The notes: generated by a model not told the origin, from the letters alone. Positions 11,870 to 25,982 are shown, counted from the stretch's first letter. The stretch is DNA of 32,000 nucleotides from Mycobacterium tuberculosis H37Rv (GCF_000195955.2 NC_000962.3:3660001-3692000); one strand, 5' to 3'. Numbers and translations: made by a program.

Positions 11870-12297
11870 TAAAAAGTGTTCAGAATGATCGTGCTTCGCG
11901 TCCGCACGTTCGCCGTTGTCCGGATCCGTTGCAACAGGTCCTCGAGCGCCCGTGCGGACGCGACGCGCACCAGCAAGACGTAGCTCTCTTCGCCGGCCAC
12001 CGAGTAACAGGACTCGACCTCCTCGATATGTTCTAGGCGCGCGGGGGCATCATCTGGTTGAGACGGATCAAGAGGAGTGATAGCCACGAACGCCGACAAC
12101 AAATGCCCAACCGCCTCGGGATTGATTCGCGCCGAATATCCCTGGACCACACCACGAGACTCCAGCCGGCGCACTCGCGATTGGACCGCCGAGACCGACA
12201 GCCCGGCTCGCGTGGCCAACTCTGACAGCGTCGCACGTCCGTCGGCGGCCAGTTCGCGCACCAGGATCCGATCGATATCGTCGAGCGCCTCGTTCAT
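11845..12297 (-). CDS. lrpA: Lrp/AsnC-family transcriptional regulator
   Basis: 150 aa; ILVRELAADGRATLSELATRAGLSVSAVQSRVRRLESRGVV. Confidence 0.93.
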   Translation of the reverse strand: MNEALDDIDRILVRELAADGRATLSELATRAGLSVSAVQSRVRRLESRGVVQGYSARINPEAVGHLLSAFVAITPLDPSQPDDAPARLEHIEEVESCYSVAGEESYVLLVRVASARALEDLLQRIRTTANVRTRSTIILNTFYSDRQHIP

Positions 12298-12327
12298 GGC
12301 CGGAGACTATCGCAACGGCAGTGCCGC

Positions 12328-13575
12328 ATGAGCCGCTCGAAAAGACTGCAGACTGGCCAGCTGCGCGCGCGCTTCGCCGCCGGGTTGTCAGCCATGTACG
12401 CCGCTGAGGTGCCCGCCTACGGCACGCTGGTCGAGGTATGCGCACAAGTCAACTCCGATTACCTGACCCGGCATCGGCGAGCCGAGCGGCTGGGGTCGCT
12501 TCAGCGCGTCACCGCCGAGCGCCACGGCGCCATCCGAGTGGGCAACCCGGCCGAACTCGCTGCGGTCGCCGACCTGTTCGCCGCGTTCGGGATGCTGCCG
12601 GTCGGCTACTACGATCTGCGCACCGCTGAGTCACCAATTCCAGTGGTGTCCACCGCATTTCGCCCAATCGATGCGAACGAGCTGGCACACAACCCGTTTC
12701 GGGTGTTCACCTCGATGCTGGCCATCGAGGATCGGCGGTACTTCGATGCCGACCTACGCACCCGAGTGCAGACCTTCCTCGCGCGCCGGCAACTCTTTGA
12801 CCCCGCGTTGCTCGCCCAGGCGCGGGCAATCGCGGCTGACGGCGGCTGCGATGCCGACGACGCACCGGCTTTCGTCGCCGCGGCGGTGGCCGCGTTTGCG
12901 CTGTCGCGGGAACCGGTCGAGAAATCCTGGTACGACGAGTTGTCCAGGGTGTCGGCGGTGGCCGCTGATATCGCTGGAGTCGGCTCCACACACATCAACC
13001 ATCTGACGCCTCGGGTGCTCGACATAGACGATCTGTACCGTCGGATGACCGAGCGCGGCATCACCATGATCGACACCATCCAAGGCCCTCCCCGCACCGA
13101 CGGACCCGATGTGTTGTTGCGGCAAACCTCATTTCGCGCGCTGGCCGAACCACGCATGTTTCGCGACGAGGACGGTACCGTGACGCCGGGAATCCTGCGG
13201 GTGCGGTTCGGTGAGGTCGAGGCGCGCGGTGTCGCGCTGACCCCGCGAGGGCGCGAACGCTACGAAGCCGCGATGGCGGCCGCAGATCCGGCCGCGGTCT
13301 GGGCCACTCACTTTCCCTCGACGGATGCGGAGATGGCCGCTCAAGGCTTGGCCTACTACCGAGGTGGTGACCCGTCAGCGCCGATCGTCTACGAAGACTT
13401 CCTGCCCGCTTCGGCCGCGGGCATCTTCCGCTCCAACCTGGATCGCGACTCGCAAACCGGTGACGGACCCGACGATGCCGGCTACAACGTCGATTGGTTG
13501 GCCGGGGCAATCGGCCGACACATTCACGACCCGTATGCGCTCTATGACGCGCTCGCCCAGGAGGAGCGGCGCTGA
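12328..13575 (+). CDS. DUF1338 / YdcJ-type protein, candidate 2-oxoadipate dioxygenase/decarboxylase (HglS-like; Rv3292-like)
   Basis: 415 aa with the family motifs EVPAYGTLVEV, RHGAIRVGNPAEL, STHINHLTPRVLD and FGEVEARGVALTPRGRERYEA. Family recognised from memory. Confidence 0.78.
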   Translation: MSRSKRLQTGQLRARFAAGLSAMYAAEVPAYGTLVEVCAQVNSDYLTRHRRAERLGSLQRVTAERHGAIRVGNPAELAAVADLFAAFGMLPVGYYDLRTAESPIPVVSTAFRPIDANELAHNPFRVFTSMLAIEDRRYFDADLRTRVQTFLARRQLFDPALLAQARAIAADGGCDADDAPAFVAAAVAAFALSREPVEKSWYDELSRVSAVAADIAGVGSTHINHLTPRVLDIDDLYRRMTERGITMIDTIQGPPRTDGPDVLLRQTSFRALAEPRMFRDEDGTVTPGILRVRFGEVEARGVALTPRGRERYEAAMAAADPAAVWATHFPSTDAEMAAQGLAYYRGGDPSAPIVYEDFLPASAAGIFRSNLDRDSQTGDGPDDAGYNVDWLAGAIGRHIHDPYALYDALAQEERR

Positions 13576-13601
13576 TAACCACTGACGCGTTACGAGCCCA
13601 G

Positions 13602-15086
13602 GTGCTCGAAGCCTGCCAAGCGATCGGCGTAACCGCCGCCCTTGGCGAGCCGGGCGAACACAGCCTGCCCGCGAGCACACCGATCACCGGCGACGTGCTG
13701 TTCAGCATCGCACCGACCACCCCGGAGCAGGCCGACCACGCGATCGCCGCGGCGGCCGCAACATTTACGGCATGGCGAAGCACGCCGGCCCCGGTGCGCG
13801 GCGCGCTCGTGGCCCGGCTCGGCGAGCTGCTCACCGCACACCAGCAGGACCTCGCGACACTGGTCACAGTCGAAGTAGGCAAGATCACCGCCGAGGCGCG
13901 CGGCGAAGTGCAGGAAATGATCGACGTCTGCCAGTTCTCGGTGGGTCTGTCACGCCAGCTCTACGGCCGCACCATCGCGTCAGAGCGCGCTGGGCACCGG
14001 CTCCTGGAAACCTGGCATCCGCTGGGAGTGGTGGGCGTGATCACCGCGTTCAACTTCCCGGTCGCGGTCTGGGCGTGGAACACCGCGGTGGCACTGGTCT
14101 GCGGCGACACGGTGGTGTGGAAACCCTCGGAGCTGACGCCGTTGACGGCGCTGGCCTGCCAGGCGCTGCTCAGTCGGGCCGCCGCTGATGTCGGCGCGCC
14201 GGCCGCGGTGGGCGGCCTGCTGTTGGGCGGCGCCGAGCGTGGTGCGCAACTCGTCGACGACCCGCGGGTTGCGTTGTTGTCGGCGACGGGTTCGGTGCGG
14301 ATGGGCCAGCAGGTCGGTCCACGCGTCGCCCGGCGCTTCGGGCGGGTGCTGCTGGAGTTGGGCGGCAACAACGCGGCCATTGTGGCGCCGTCGGCCGACC
14401 TGGAGCTGGCGGTGCGCGGCATCGTGTTCGCCGCGGCCGGCACCGCAGGTCAGCGCTGCACCAGCCTGCGCCGGCTGATCGTGCACCGCTCGGTGGCTGA
14501 CGATGTGGTGGCACGCGTCGTCGGCGCCTATCGCCAGCTGGCGATCGGTGACCCGTCGGCCCCGGACACGCTGGTAGGCCCACTCATCCACGAGGCCGCC
14601 TACCGCGACATGGTGGCAGCGCTCGAGCGGGCACGCACCGACGGCGGCGAGGTCATCGGCGGTGATCGTCGCGAGGTGGGCTCACCGGGCGCCTACTATG
14701 TCGCGCCCGCTGTGGTCCGAATGCCGTCCCAGACCGCCATCGTGGCGACCGAAACGTTCGCACCAATCCTGTACGTGCTCACCTACGACGACCTCGACGA
14801 GGCGATAGCCCTCAACAACGCGGTACCACAAGGGCTTTCGTCGTCGATCTTCACGACCGACCTGCGTGAGGCCGAGCACTTCCTCGACCAGTCCGACTGC
14901 GGTATCGCCAACGTCAACATCGGGACGTCGGGAGCGGAGATCGGTGGTGCCTTCGGCGGCGAGAAGCAGACCGGCGGCGGCCGCGAGTCCGGGTCCGACG
15001 CGTGGAAGGCCTACATGCGCCGGGCCACCAACACCGTCAACTACTCGAGCGAGCTGCCGCTGGCGCAGGGCGTGAAGTTCGGGTAA
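13602..15086 (+). CDS. pcd: Piperideine-6-carboxylate dehydrogenase (aldehyde dehydrogenase family)
   Basis: 494 aa; VWKPSELTPL, ELGGNNAAI, AAGTAGQRCTSLRRL. Context next to lat. Confidence 0.9.
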   Translation: MLEACQAIGVTAALGEPGEHSLPASTPITGDVLFSIAPTTPEQADHAIAAAAATFTAWRSTPAPVRGALVARLGELLTAHQQDLATLVTVEVGKITAEARGEVQEMIDVCQFSVGLSRQLYGRTIASERAGHRLLETWHPLGVVGVITAFNFPVAVWAWNTAVALVCGDTVVWKPSELTPLTALACQALLSRAAADVGAPAAVGGLLLGGAERGAQLVDDPRVALLSATGSVRMGQQVGPRVARRFGRVLLELGGNNAAIVAPSADLELAVRGIVFAAAGTAGQRCTSLRRLIVHRSVADDVVARVVGAYRQLAIGDPSAPDTLVGPLIHEAAYRDMVAALERARTDGGEVIGGDRREVGSPGAYYVAPAVVRMPSQTAIVATETFAPILYVLTYDDLDEAIALNNAVPQGLSSSIFTTDLREAEHFLDQSDCGIANVNIGTSGAEIGGAFGGEKQTGGGRESGSDAWKAYMRRATNTVNYSSELPLAQGVKFG

Positions 15087-15185
15087 CCATGCCCGTGGGT
15101 GCGTCTGGGCATCATCGACGCGCGCTTGGGGTTGGGCGGGGTGGAATTCATCCATTTCATTCAGTGCCCGTTGCGAATCCCCAAG

Positions 15186-15995
15186 CTACCCCGACGGCGA
15201 CCAGAGGATGTCGATGGGGACGGCGGCGAGGCGGTCGCCGAATGGCTGGGCTTGTGGGCCGGTGTGCAGGATCACGCCGCCGGCGAAGCGTGCGCCGACT
15301 TTGTCGCGGAGTCTGCTGATCGAGCGGGTGTCTCTACCACGGAGGGTTGCCGCCGACTTGATTTCGATCGCGGCAATGAGGCCGTCTGCGGTTTCCAGTA
15401 TGAGGTCTACTTCGGCGCCGTCTCGATCGCGGTAGTGGAACAGTCGAGGTGCCTGTTGCGACCATCCGAGTTGTCGCCGGAGTTCTGCGATCACGAAAGT
15501 TTCGATGATGGCTCCGGCCGCGTTGGGGTTGGCATGTGGACCGGCTCCGGTAGGCGAGACATTGACGAGGCGAGCGGCCAGTCCGGAGTCGAGAAGGAGG
15601 ACTTTCGGTCTATCGACGACCCGCTTGGAAAGGTTGGTCGACCACGCGGGTATGCGGTCGATGAGATACAGGGTCTCGAGGAGGTCGAGGTACGGCGGCA
15701 GGGTACGTACGGGGATTTCGGCGTCGGTAGCTAGGGAGCTCAGGTTAAGTTCGGACGCGCTGCGTGCGGCTAGAAGTCGGATGAGGCGCGGCAGGTCGGC
15801 GATGCGTTGGAGATTGGAGACGTCGGCCGCGTCACGTTTGACGACGCGGTCGACGTTCCTAGCTTTCGCCGATTCGCGACAAAGCCGTCGCCGATACGCG
15901 GCACTATCTTCGCCAATTCGCGGATATCTCCTCACCGATTCGCGATATCTGGCGGAGCCGGTGGTGTCGCAGCAGGGACGTCGGGGCAGACCCAC
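15186..15995 (-). CDS. C-terminal half of an AAA+ ATPase/DUF4143 protein; probable truncated gene or pseudogene (Rv3294c-like)
   Basis: DUF4143-type sequence (VKRDAADVSNLQRIADLPRLIRLLAAR...YLDLLETLYLIDRIPAWSTNLSKR...VLLLDSGLAARL...HYRDRDGAEVDLILE). No Walker A/B domain upstream. Confidence 0.75.
   Translation of the reverse strand: MGLPRRPCCDTTGSARYRESVRRYPRIGEDSAAYRRRLCRESAKARNVDRVVKRDAADVSNLQRIADLPRLIRLLAARSASELNLSSLATDAEIPVRTLPPYLDLLETLYLIDRIPAWSTNLSKRVVDRPKVLLLDSGLAARLVNVSPTGAGPHANPNAAGAIIETFVIAELRRQLGWSQQAPRLFHYRDRDGAEVDLILETADGLIAAIEIKSAATLRGRDTRSISRLRDKVGARFAGGVILHTGPQAQPFGDRLAAVPIDILWSPSG
15863..15950 (-). repeat. Four contiguous imperfect 21-23-bp repeats
   Basis: Minus strand: AGATATCGCGAATCGGTGAGG / AGATATCCGCGAATTGGCGAAG / ATAGTGCCGCGTATCGGCGACGG / CTTTGTCGCGAATCGGCGAAAG. 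Confidence 0.75.
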
Positions 15996-16065
15996 CCCAC
16001 CGAAAGAACCACCACCACCTGCTCGCCTAGCCGAACGTGTGGTCTACGTGAGTAATATCTGTCAC

Positions 16066-16731
16066 ATGGCGACAGCCAGAAGGCGGTTATCCCCGCAGGA
16101 CCGCCGCGCTGAACTGCTCGCTCTGGGGGCGGAGGTCTTTGGGAAGCGGCCTTACGACGAGGTTCGCATCGATGAGATCGCCGAGCGCGCTGGGGTGTCG
16201 CGGGCACTGATGTATCACTACTTCCCGGACAAGCGGGCGTTCTTCGCCGCGGTCGTCAAGGACGAGGCCGACCGGCTGTACGCGGCGACCAACAAGGCGC
16301 CCGCCCCTGGGATGACGATGTTCGAAGAGATACGAACCGGCGTGCTGGCCTATATGGCCTACCACCAACAAAACCCCGAGGCGGCGTGGGCCGCCTACGT
16401 CGGCCTCGGCCGATCGGACCCGGTTCTGCTCGGTATCGACGACGAAGCCAAGAACCGCCAGATGGAACACATCATGTCCCGCATCGCCGAGGTCGTGAGC
16501 GGGATTGACCGCGATAACACCCTGGACCCAGAGGTCGAGCGCGACCTGCGGGTGATCATCCACGGCTGGCTGGCGTTCACCTTCGAGCTGTGTCGTCAGC
16601 GGATCATGGACCCGTCGACCGACGCTGAACGGCTCGCCGATGCTTGCGCACACGCGCTGCTGGACGCCATCTCCCGGCTGCCGCAGATCCCTGCCGAACT
16701 GGCTGACGCGATGGCAACCGCGCGAATGTGA
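16066..16731 (+). CDS. TetR-family transcriptional regulator (Rv3295-like)
   Basis: 221 aa from ATG 16066; N-terminal HTH RIDEIAERAGVSRALMYHYFPDKRAFFAAV. Confidence 0.9.
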   Translation: MATARRRLSPQDRRAELLALGAEVFGKRPYDEVRIDEIAERAGVSRALMYHYFPDKRAFFAAVVKDEADRLYAATNKAPAPGMTMFEEIRTGVLAYMAYHQQNPEAAWAAYVGLGRSDPVLLGIDDEAKNRQMEHIMSRIAEVVSGIDRDNTLDPEVERDLRVIIHGWLAFTFELCRQRIMDPSTDAERLADACAHALLDAISRLPQIPAELADAMATARM

Positions 16732-16774
16732 GCGGTAGGCGGTTTTTGTCGGTGCCTGTTGGCACGATGGCTAG

Positions 16775-21316
<4,542 letters not shown>

Positions 21317-21319
21317 GCC

Positions 21320-22087
21320 ATGCCCGAGGGCGACACCGTCTGGCACACCGCGGCCACGTTGCGGCGGCATCTGGCCGGTCGCACGTTGACACGTTGCGAC
21401 ATCCGAGTGCCACGGTTTGCCGCCGTCGACCTCACCGGCGAGGTAGTGGACGAGGTGATCAGTCGGGGCAAGCACCTGTTCATCCGAACCGGGACAGCCA
21501 GCATTCATTCGCATCTGCAGATGGACGGCAGCTGGCGGGTCGGCAACAGGCCGGTGCGGGTGGATCATCGGGCGCGAATCATTTTGGAAGCCAACCAGCA
21601 AGAACAGGCCATCCGGGTGGTCGGCGTCGACCTAGGCCTGTTGGAGGTCATCGACCGGCACAACGACGGCGCCGTCGTCGCACACCTAGGACCTGATCTG
21701 CTGGCCGACGATTGGGACCCGCAGCGTGCAGCCGCCAACCTGATCGTTGCCCCGGACCGGCCCATCGCCGAGGCACTGCTCGACCAGCGGGTGCTCGCCG
21801 GGATCGGCAACGTGTATTGCAACGAACTGTGCTTCGTCAGCGGAGTATTGCCGACGGCCCCGGTGAGCGCGGTCGCCGACCCGCGCCGCCTGGTCACCCG
21901 CGCCCGAGACATGCTGTGGGTCAACCGCTTCCGCTGGAATCGGTGCACCACTGGCGATACCCGGGCCGGCCGGCGACTGTGGGTCTACGGGCGGGCCGGG
22001 CAGGGTTGCCGCCGCTGCGGCACGCTCATCGCCTACGACACTACCGACGAGCGGGTGCGGTATTGGTGCCCGGCCTGCCAGCGCTGA
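21320..22087 (+). CDS. nei: Endonuclease VIII-type DNA glycosylase (Fpg/Nei family)
   Basis: 255 aa; N-terminal MPEGDTVW (catalytic Pro2/Glu3), C-terminal zinc finger CRRCG...CPAC. Confidence 0.93.
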
Positions 22088-22109
22088 ACCGGGCGATCAA
22101 AGCCAGCAC

Positions 22110-23024
22110 CTAGTCGCGGCCGTGGGTAGCGAAGAACTGGGCAATGACTTGCGACCCGTCGAACGCGCGCGTGGTCGCCCCGATGACCGCCTTGGGCAGA
22201 TATTGCCTGCCACCCGGCCAGGTATGTCCGCCATTGTCGATCTGGTAGGAGATCACCTCGGTGCCGGCCGCACATGAGCTGGAATCGAAAAGGTGCACCA
22301 TTGTTCCGTCCCCGACGTCAGGCAGCTCCGCCGCCGACGGATCGCCCTGACACCCATCGACCGCCCGCCAGCGATCCACCAAGCTCGCAACCGAGATGGA
22401 ATGGCTGAGCCCGCCGCGACCACGCACCGCCCCGCCGTTGAACGGCACCAGCGGGTCGGCGGTGCCGTGTGCTTCGAGCACCGACACCGGCCGCGACGGA
22501 TTACATGTCACACCCACACCCAGCGTGCCCGCCACCGGCGCGACCGCGGCGAAGATATCGGCACGGTCACACGCCAGCCGGTTGGACATGAAGCCACCGT
22601 TGGACATGCCGGTGGCGAAGACGTGCCCGGGAGCGATGTCGAAGTCGTGCACCAGCTTTGCGGCCAGCGCGACCAAGAACCCAACGTCGTCGAGATGACG
22701 GCGATCCGCCGGCGACGCCCCCCTCCCGTCGGCCCAGCTTTTGTCGTAGCCGTCAGGATAGACAACCAACAAGTCGGCGGCGTCGGCAACAGCGTCGAAA
22801 TCGGTGAGAGCCTCCTGTCCGGCTCCGGTGCCGCCACCACCGTGCAGGCTGATCACCAACCCGGAGGGCTCAGCGGGCGGCACGTGCAAGCGATAACTGC
22901 GGGTCAAGCCCCCGAACTGGAACGTCGCTACCGAACTGGCATGCCTGGCCAGTAGCTGATCACCGCCACACCCGGCCAGGCAAACCATGAGAACGATAAG
23001 CGACAGCATTCGCGCCCACGGCAT
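22110..23024 (-). CDS. lpqC: Lipoprotein esterase of the PHB-depolymerase family
   Basis: 304 aa; lipobox LAGC, nucleophile motif CATGMSNGGFMS, terminal GGHTWPGG. Confidence 0.9.
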   Translation of the reverse strand: MPWARMLSLIVLMVCLAGCGGDQLLARHASSVATFQFGGLTRSYRLHVPPAEPSGLVISLHGGGGTGAGQEALTDFDAVADAADLLVVYPDGYDKSWADGRGASPADRRHLDDVGFLVALAAKLVHDFDIAPGHVFATGMSNGGFMSNRLACDRADIFAAVAPVAGTLGVGVTCNPSRPVSVLEAHGTADPLVPFNGGAVRGRGGLSHSISVASLVDRWRAVDGCQGDPSAAELPDVGDGTMVHLFDSSSCAAGTEVISYQIDNGGHTWPGGRQYLPKAVIGATTRAFDGSQVIAQFFATHGRD

Positions 23025-23050
23025 CTCGTCAAGGTACCGATCGCGAGCGC

Positions 23051-25963
23051 TCAGCCCGCGGCGCCCTGTCCCACCGCTTGGACCGATGCGTGCTCGTGCA
23101 ACGCCCTGGCGGCTTCGGGATGTACGGGCTTGAGGTCGAAGATGACCTCGGTGACGGTCCCGGTGAACGCATAGGGCGCCTTGTCCTCATAGCCGCGGTC
23201 AACGACCAGGCCGTTGTCGCGGCCGATGTCCATGCCGGCATAGGAGGTAAAGGCCAGCGGCACCGTCTGGGGCAGCTCACCCTCTCCGATCAACCGATCG
23301 TCGGCCCAGAGCGTCACCCGACCACCGGAGGCGGCGACGGGTTGATGGGAATCGAACAGCATCCGCACCGTGACATCCCCGGTGGGGAGCGGCTCGCTGG
23401 ACACCTGCCGGTAGGTTTCGACGCCCAGGAAGGAGTAGGTGTGGTGCAGGTGCCGCTGTTCGTCGACCCATAGCGCGAACCCTCCCATGAAGTCGGCGTT
23501 GGCGACGATCACACCCTGCGCGCCGCCGTCGGGGATGTGCAGCCGTGCCTCGATCGCGTAAGAACGACCGCAGATACGGGGGACCATGCCGCGCTGAATG
23601 TTCTGCACGTCACCTTTGAAACTGAACCGTGCGGTGGTGGGCAGGGGCGGCAGGTCGCCGAACATTACCGCGAGCCCGCCCAGCAGCGGCAGCACCCGGT
23701 TTCGTTCGGCCTCCTGCCACCACAGCTGGGTGAGCTCGGCGACCTTGTCGGGATGCTCGGCTGCCAGGTTTTTCGCCTGGGAGAAGTCATCTGGTAGGTA
23801 GTACAGCTCCCAGACGTCCTGGTCCGGGTCGTAGGTCCCCGGCGCGAACCGTCGCATCGTCTCCGGTGACAGATCCCAGGGCGCCTTGTCCAAGCGAGCG
23901 CACGCCCACCAGCCGTCTTTGTAGATGGCACGGCTGCCGAAGTTTTCGAAGTACTGCACGGTGTGGCGGTCTTCGGCTTCAGCGTCGTCGAAGGTCCGCA
24001 CGAAACTGGTTCCGTCCATCGGTTCCTGCTCGAAGCCGTCGACATGGGTCGGCTCCGGTAAACCGATGGCCGCCAACACGGTCGGCGCGATGTCGATGCA
24101 GTGGGTGAACTGGCTACGAACACGGCCGTCTGGCCGGATCCGGGCCGGCCAAGCGACCACCAATGGATCGCGCGTGCCGCCCAGGTGGCTGGCCATCTGC
24201 TTGCCCCACTGCAACGGGGTGTTGCTCGCATGCGCCCACGCGCTGGCGAAATGCGGTGCGGTGAACTCGTCGCCGAGTGCGGCGATGCCGCCGTATTGTT
24301 CGATCAGCTCCAATTGCCGCTCGGCATCCAGATCCAGGCCGTTAAGGAACGTCATCTCATTGAACGAACCGGTGTTGGTGCCCTCCATGCTGGCGCCATT
24401 GTCGCCCCAGATGTAGAACACCAACGTGTTGTCGGACTCGCCGAGATCCTCGATCGCGTCCAGCAGCCGGCCAACATTCCAGTCCGCATTTTCCGAGAAC
24501 CCGGCGAACACCTCCATCTGGCGGGCAAAGAGCCGTTTTTGCGCCTCCGACATACTGTCCCACGCGGGGAATAGGTCGGGCCGCTCGGTGAGTTCGGCGT
24601 CGGGTGGAATGATCCCGAGTCGCTTTTGCCGTTCGAATGTCTTCTGCCGGTACACATCCCAGCCATCATCGAACTCACCTCGGTACTTGTCGGCCCATTC
24701 CTTGAATACGTGGTGTGGCGCGTGGGTGGCGCCGGTCGCGTAGTACAGCATCCACGGCTTGGTGGCATTCTGGGCCCGCACGGTGTGCAGCCACTCGATA
24801 GCCTTGTCGGTGAGGTCGTCGGGGAAATAGTAGGGACGGCCGTCTTCCCCAGAACCCTCGGGTATGCCTATGACGGAGTTGTCCTGACTGATGATCGGGT
24901 CGTACTGACCCGCGGCGCCGCTCGGGAAGCCCCAGAAATGGTCGAATCCCCAACCCAGCGGCCAGTTGTCGAACGGCCCCGCGGCTCCCTGGACATTGTC
25001 CGGGGTCAGATGCCACTTGCCGAAAGCGCCAGTCACATAACCGTTGTCGCGCAGAATACGCGGCAGCGCTGCGCAACTGCGTGGCCTGACCGCCGAATAC
25101 CCCGGGTACGGGCCGGGGAACTCGCAGACCGACCCGAAGCCCACCCGGTGATGGTTACGCCCGGTCAACAGCGCCGCACGGGTCGGCGAGCACACCGCGG
25201 TCACATGAAAACGGTTGTAGATCAACCCATTCTGGGCTAGCCGGGACAGCGTCGGGGTTCGGATCGCGCCGCCGAATGTATCCGGTCCGCCGAACCCAGC
25301 GTCATCGATCAACACGATCAGCACATTCGGTGCGTCGTCGGGCGGAAAGGGACCGGGGACAATCGACCAGTCGCCGACCGACTCTGCCATGGTGCGGCCA
25401 ACCACGCCACCAAAGCGGCGCTGCGGTAGCGGCAGCCGGGTGCGGTCTGGGTTGAACTTGCCCATCGCCTCTCGCAACGCCGCACCCAGGCTTCGCAACG
25501 TCGAACGACTCAGCTCCGCAACCGATTTCATTGGAGAGCTAGCCAACGCCTGCCCCGCTTCCAGTCGGCCTTGTGCCTCCGTCACGGCGATGACCACTGC
25601 TCGGCCCGCCGCCAGCGCTTGGCCGATCTTGTCGGCCAGCCCGGTCTTGATCCGATGGTGGGCGAAGGTGCCGGCCAATGCTCCGGTCGCGGCGCCGAGC
25701 GCCGCCGAGGCCAACAGTGCCGGCGAGAACAGGCCGATCGCCAGGCCCACCCCGGCGCCCCACGCGGCGCCGCGCCGGCCGAGCCGATTTCCGGTGTCGA
25801 CCAAAACCGGACTGCCCTCGGCGTCCTTGCCGATCAGCACCGCACCCTGCAGCGGAATGCTTTTGTCCTTGGCGGCATCGACGAGGGTTTGAAAATCGTG
25901 ACGAGCCGAATCGAGGTCCTGATAGCCGGCGACGAGCACCAGCGCGTTGTCTTCACTCATCAC
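23051..25963 (-). CDS. atsB: Arylsulfatase with an N-terminal glycine-rich membrane/DUF1269-like domain
   Basis: 970 aa from GTG 25963 with GGGAG upstream. Cys-type sulfatase signature CSPTRAALLTGR and NVLIVLIDDAGFG. The track ORF extends to 26029. Confidence 0.9.
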   Translation of the reverse strand: MMSEDNALVLVAGYQDLDSARHDFQTLVDAAKDKSIPLQGAVLIGKDAEGSPVLVDTGNRLGRRGAAWGAGVGLAIGLFSPALLASAALGAATGALAGTFAHHRIKTGLADKIGQALAAGRAVVIAVTEAQGRLEAGQALASSPMKSVAELSRSTLRSLGAALREAMGKFNPDRTRLPLPQRRFGGVVGRTMAESVGDWSIVPGPFPPDDAPNVLIVLIDDAGFGGPDTFGGAIRTPTLSRLAQNGLIYNRFHVTAVCSPTRAALLTGRNHHRVGFGSVCEFPGPYPGYSAVRPRSCAALPRILRDNGYVTGAFGKWHLTPDNVQGAAGPFDNWPLGWGFDHFWGFPSGAAGQYDPIISQDNSVIGIPEGSGEDGRPYYFPDDLTDKAIEWLHTVRAQNATKPWMLYYATGATHAPHHVFKEWADKYRGEFDDGWDVYRQKTFERQKRLGIIPPDAELTERPDLFPAWDSMSEAQKRLFARQMEVFAGFSENADWNVGRLLDAIEDLGESDNTLVFYIWGDNGASMEGTNTGSFNEMTFLNGLDLDAERQLELIEQYGGIAALGDEFTAPHFASAWAHASNTPLQWGKQMASHLGGTRDPLVVAWPARIRPDGRVRSQFTHCIDIAPTVLAAIGLPEPTHVDGFEQEPMDGTSFVRTFDDAEAEDRHTVQYFENFGSRAIYKDGWWACARLDKAPWDLSPETMRRFAPGTYDPDQDVWELYYLPDDFSQAKNLAAEHPDKVAELTQLWWQEAERNRVLPLLGGLAVMFGDLPPLPTTARFSFKGDVQNIQRGMVPRICGRSYAIEARLHIPDGGAQGVIVANADFMGGFALWVDEQRHLHHTYSFLGVETYRQVSSEPLPTGDVTVRMLFDSHQPVAASGGRVTLWADDRLIGEGELPQTVPLAFTSYAGMDIGRDNGLVVDRGYEDKAPYAFTGTVTEVIFDLKPVHPEAARALHEHASVQAVGQGAAG

Positions 25964-25982
25964 GAAACTCCCGATATGTGTG

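Noticed and set aside
15505-16065. Long N-terminal extension of the TetR ORF
   Set aside because: The extension is antisense to the DUF4143 gene; normal TetR architecture begins at ATG 16066.
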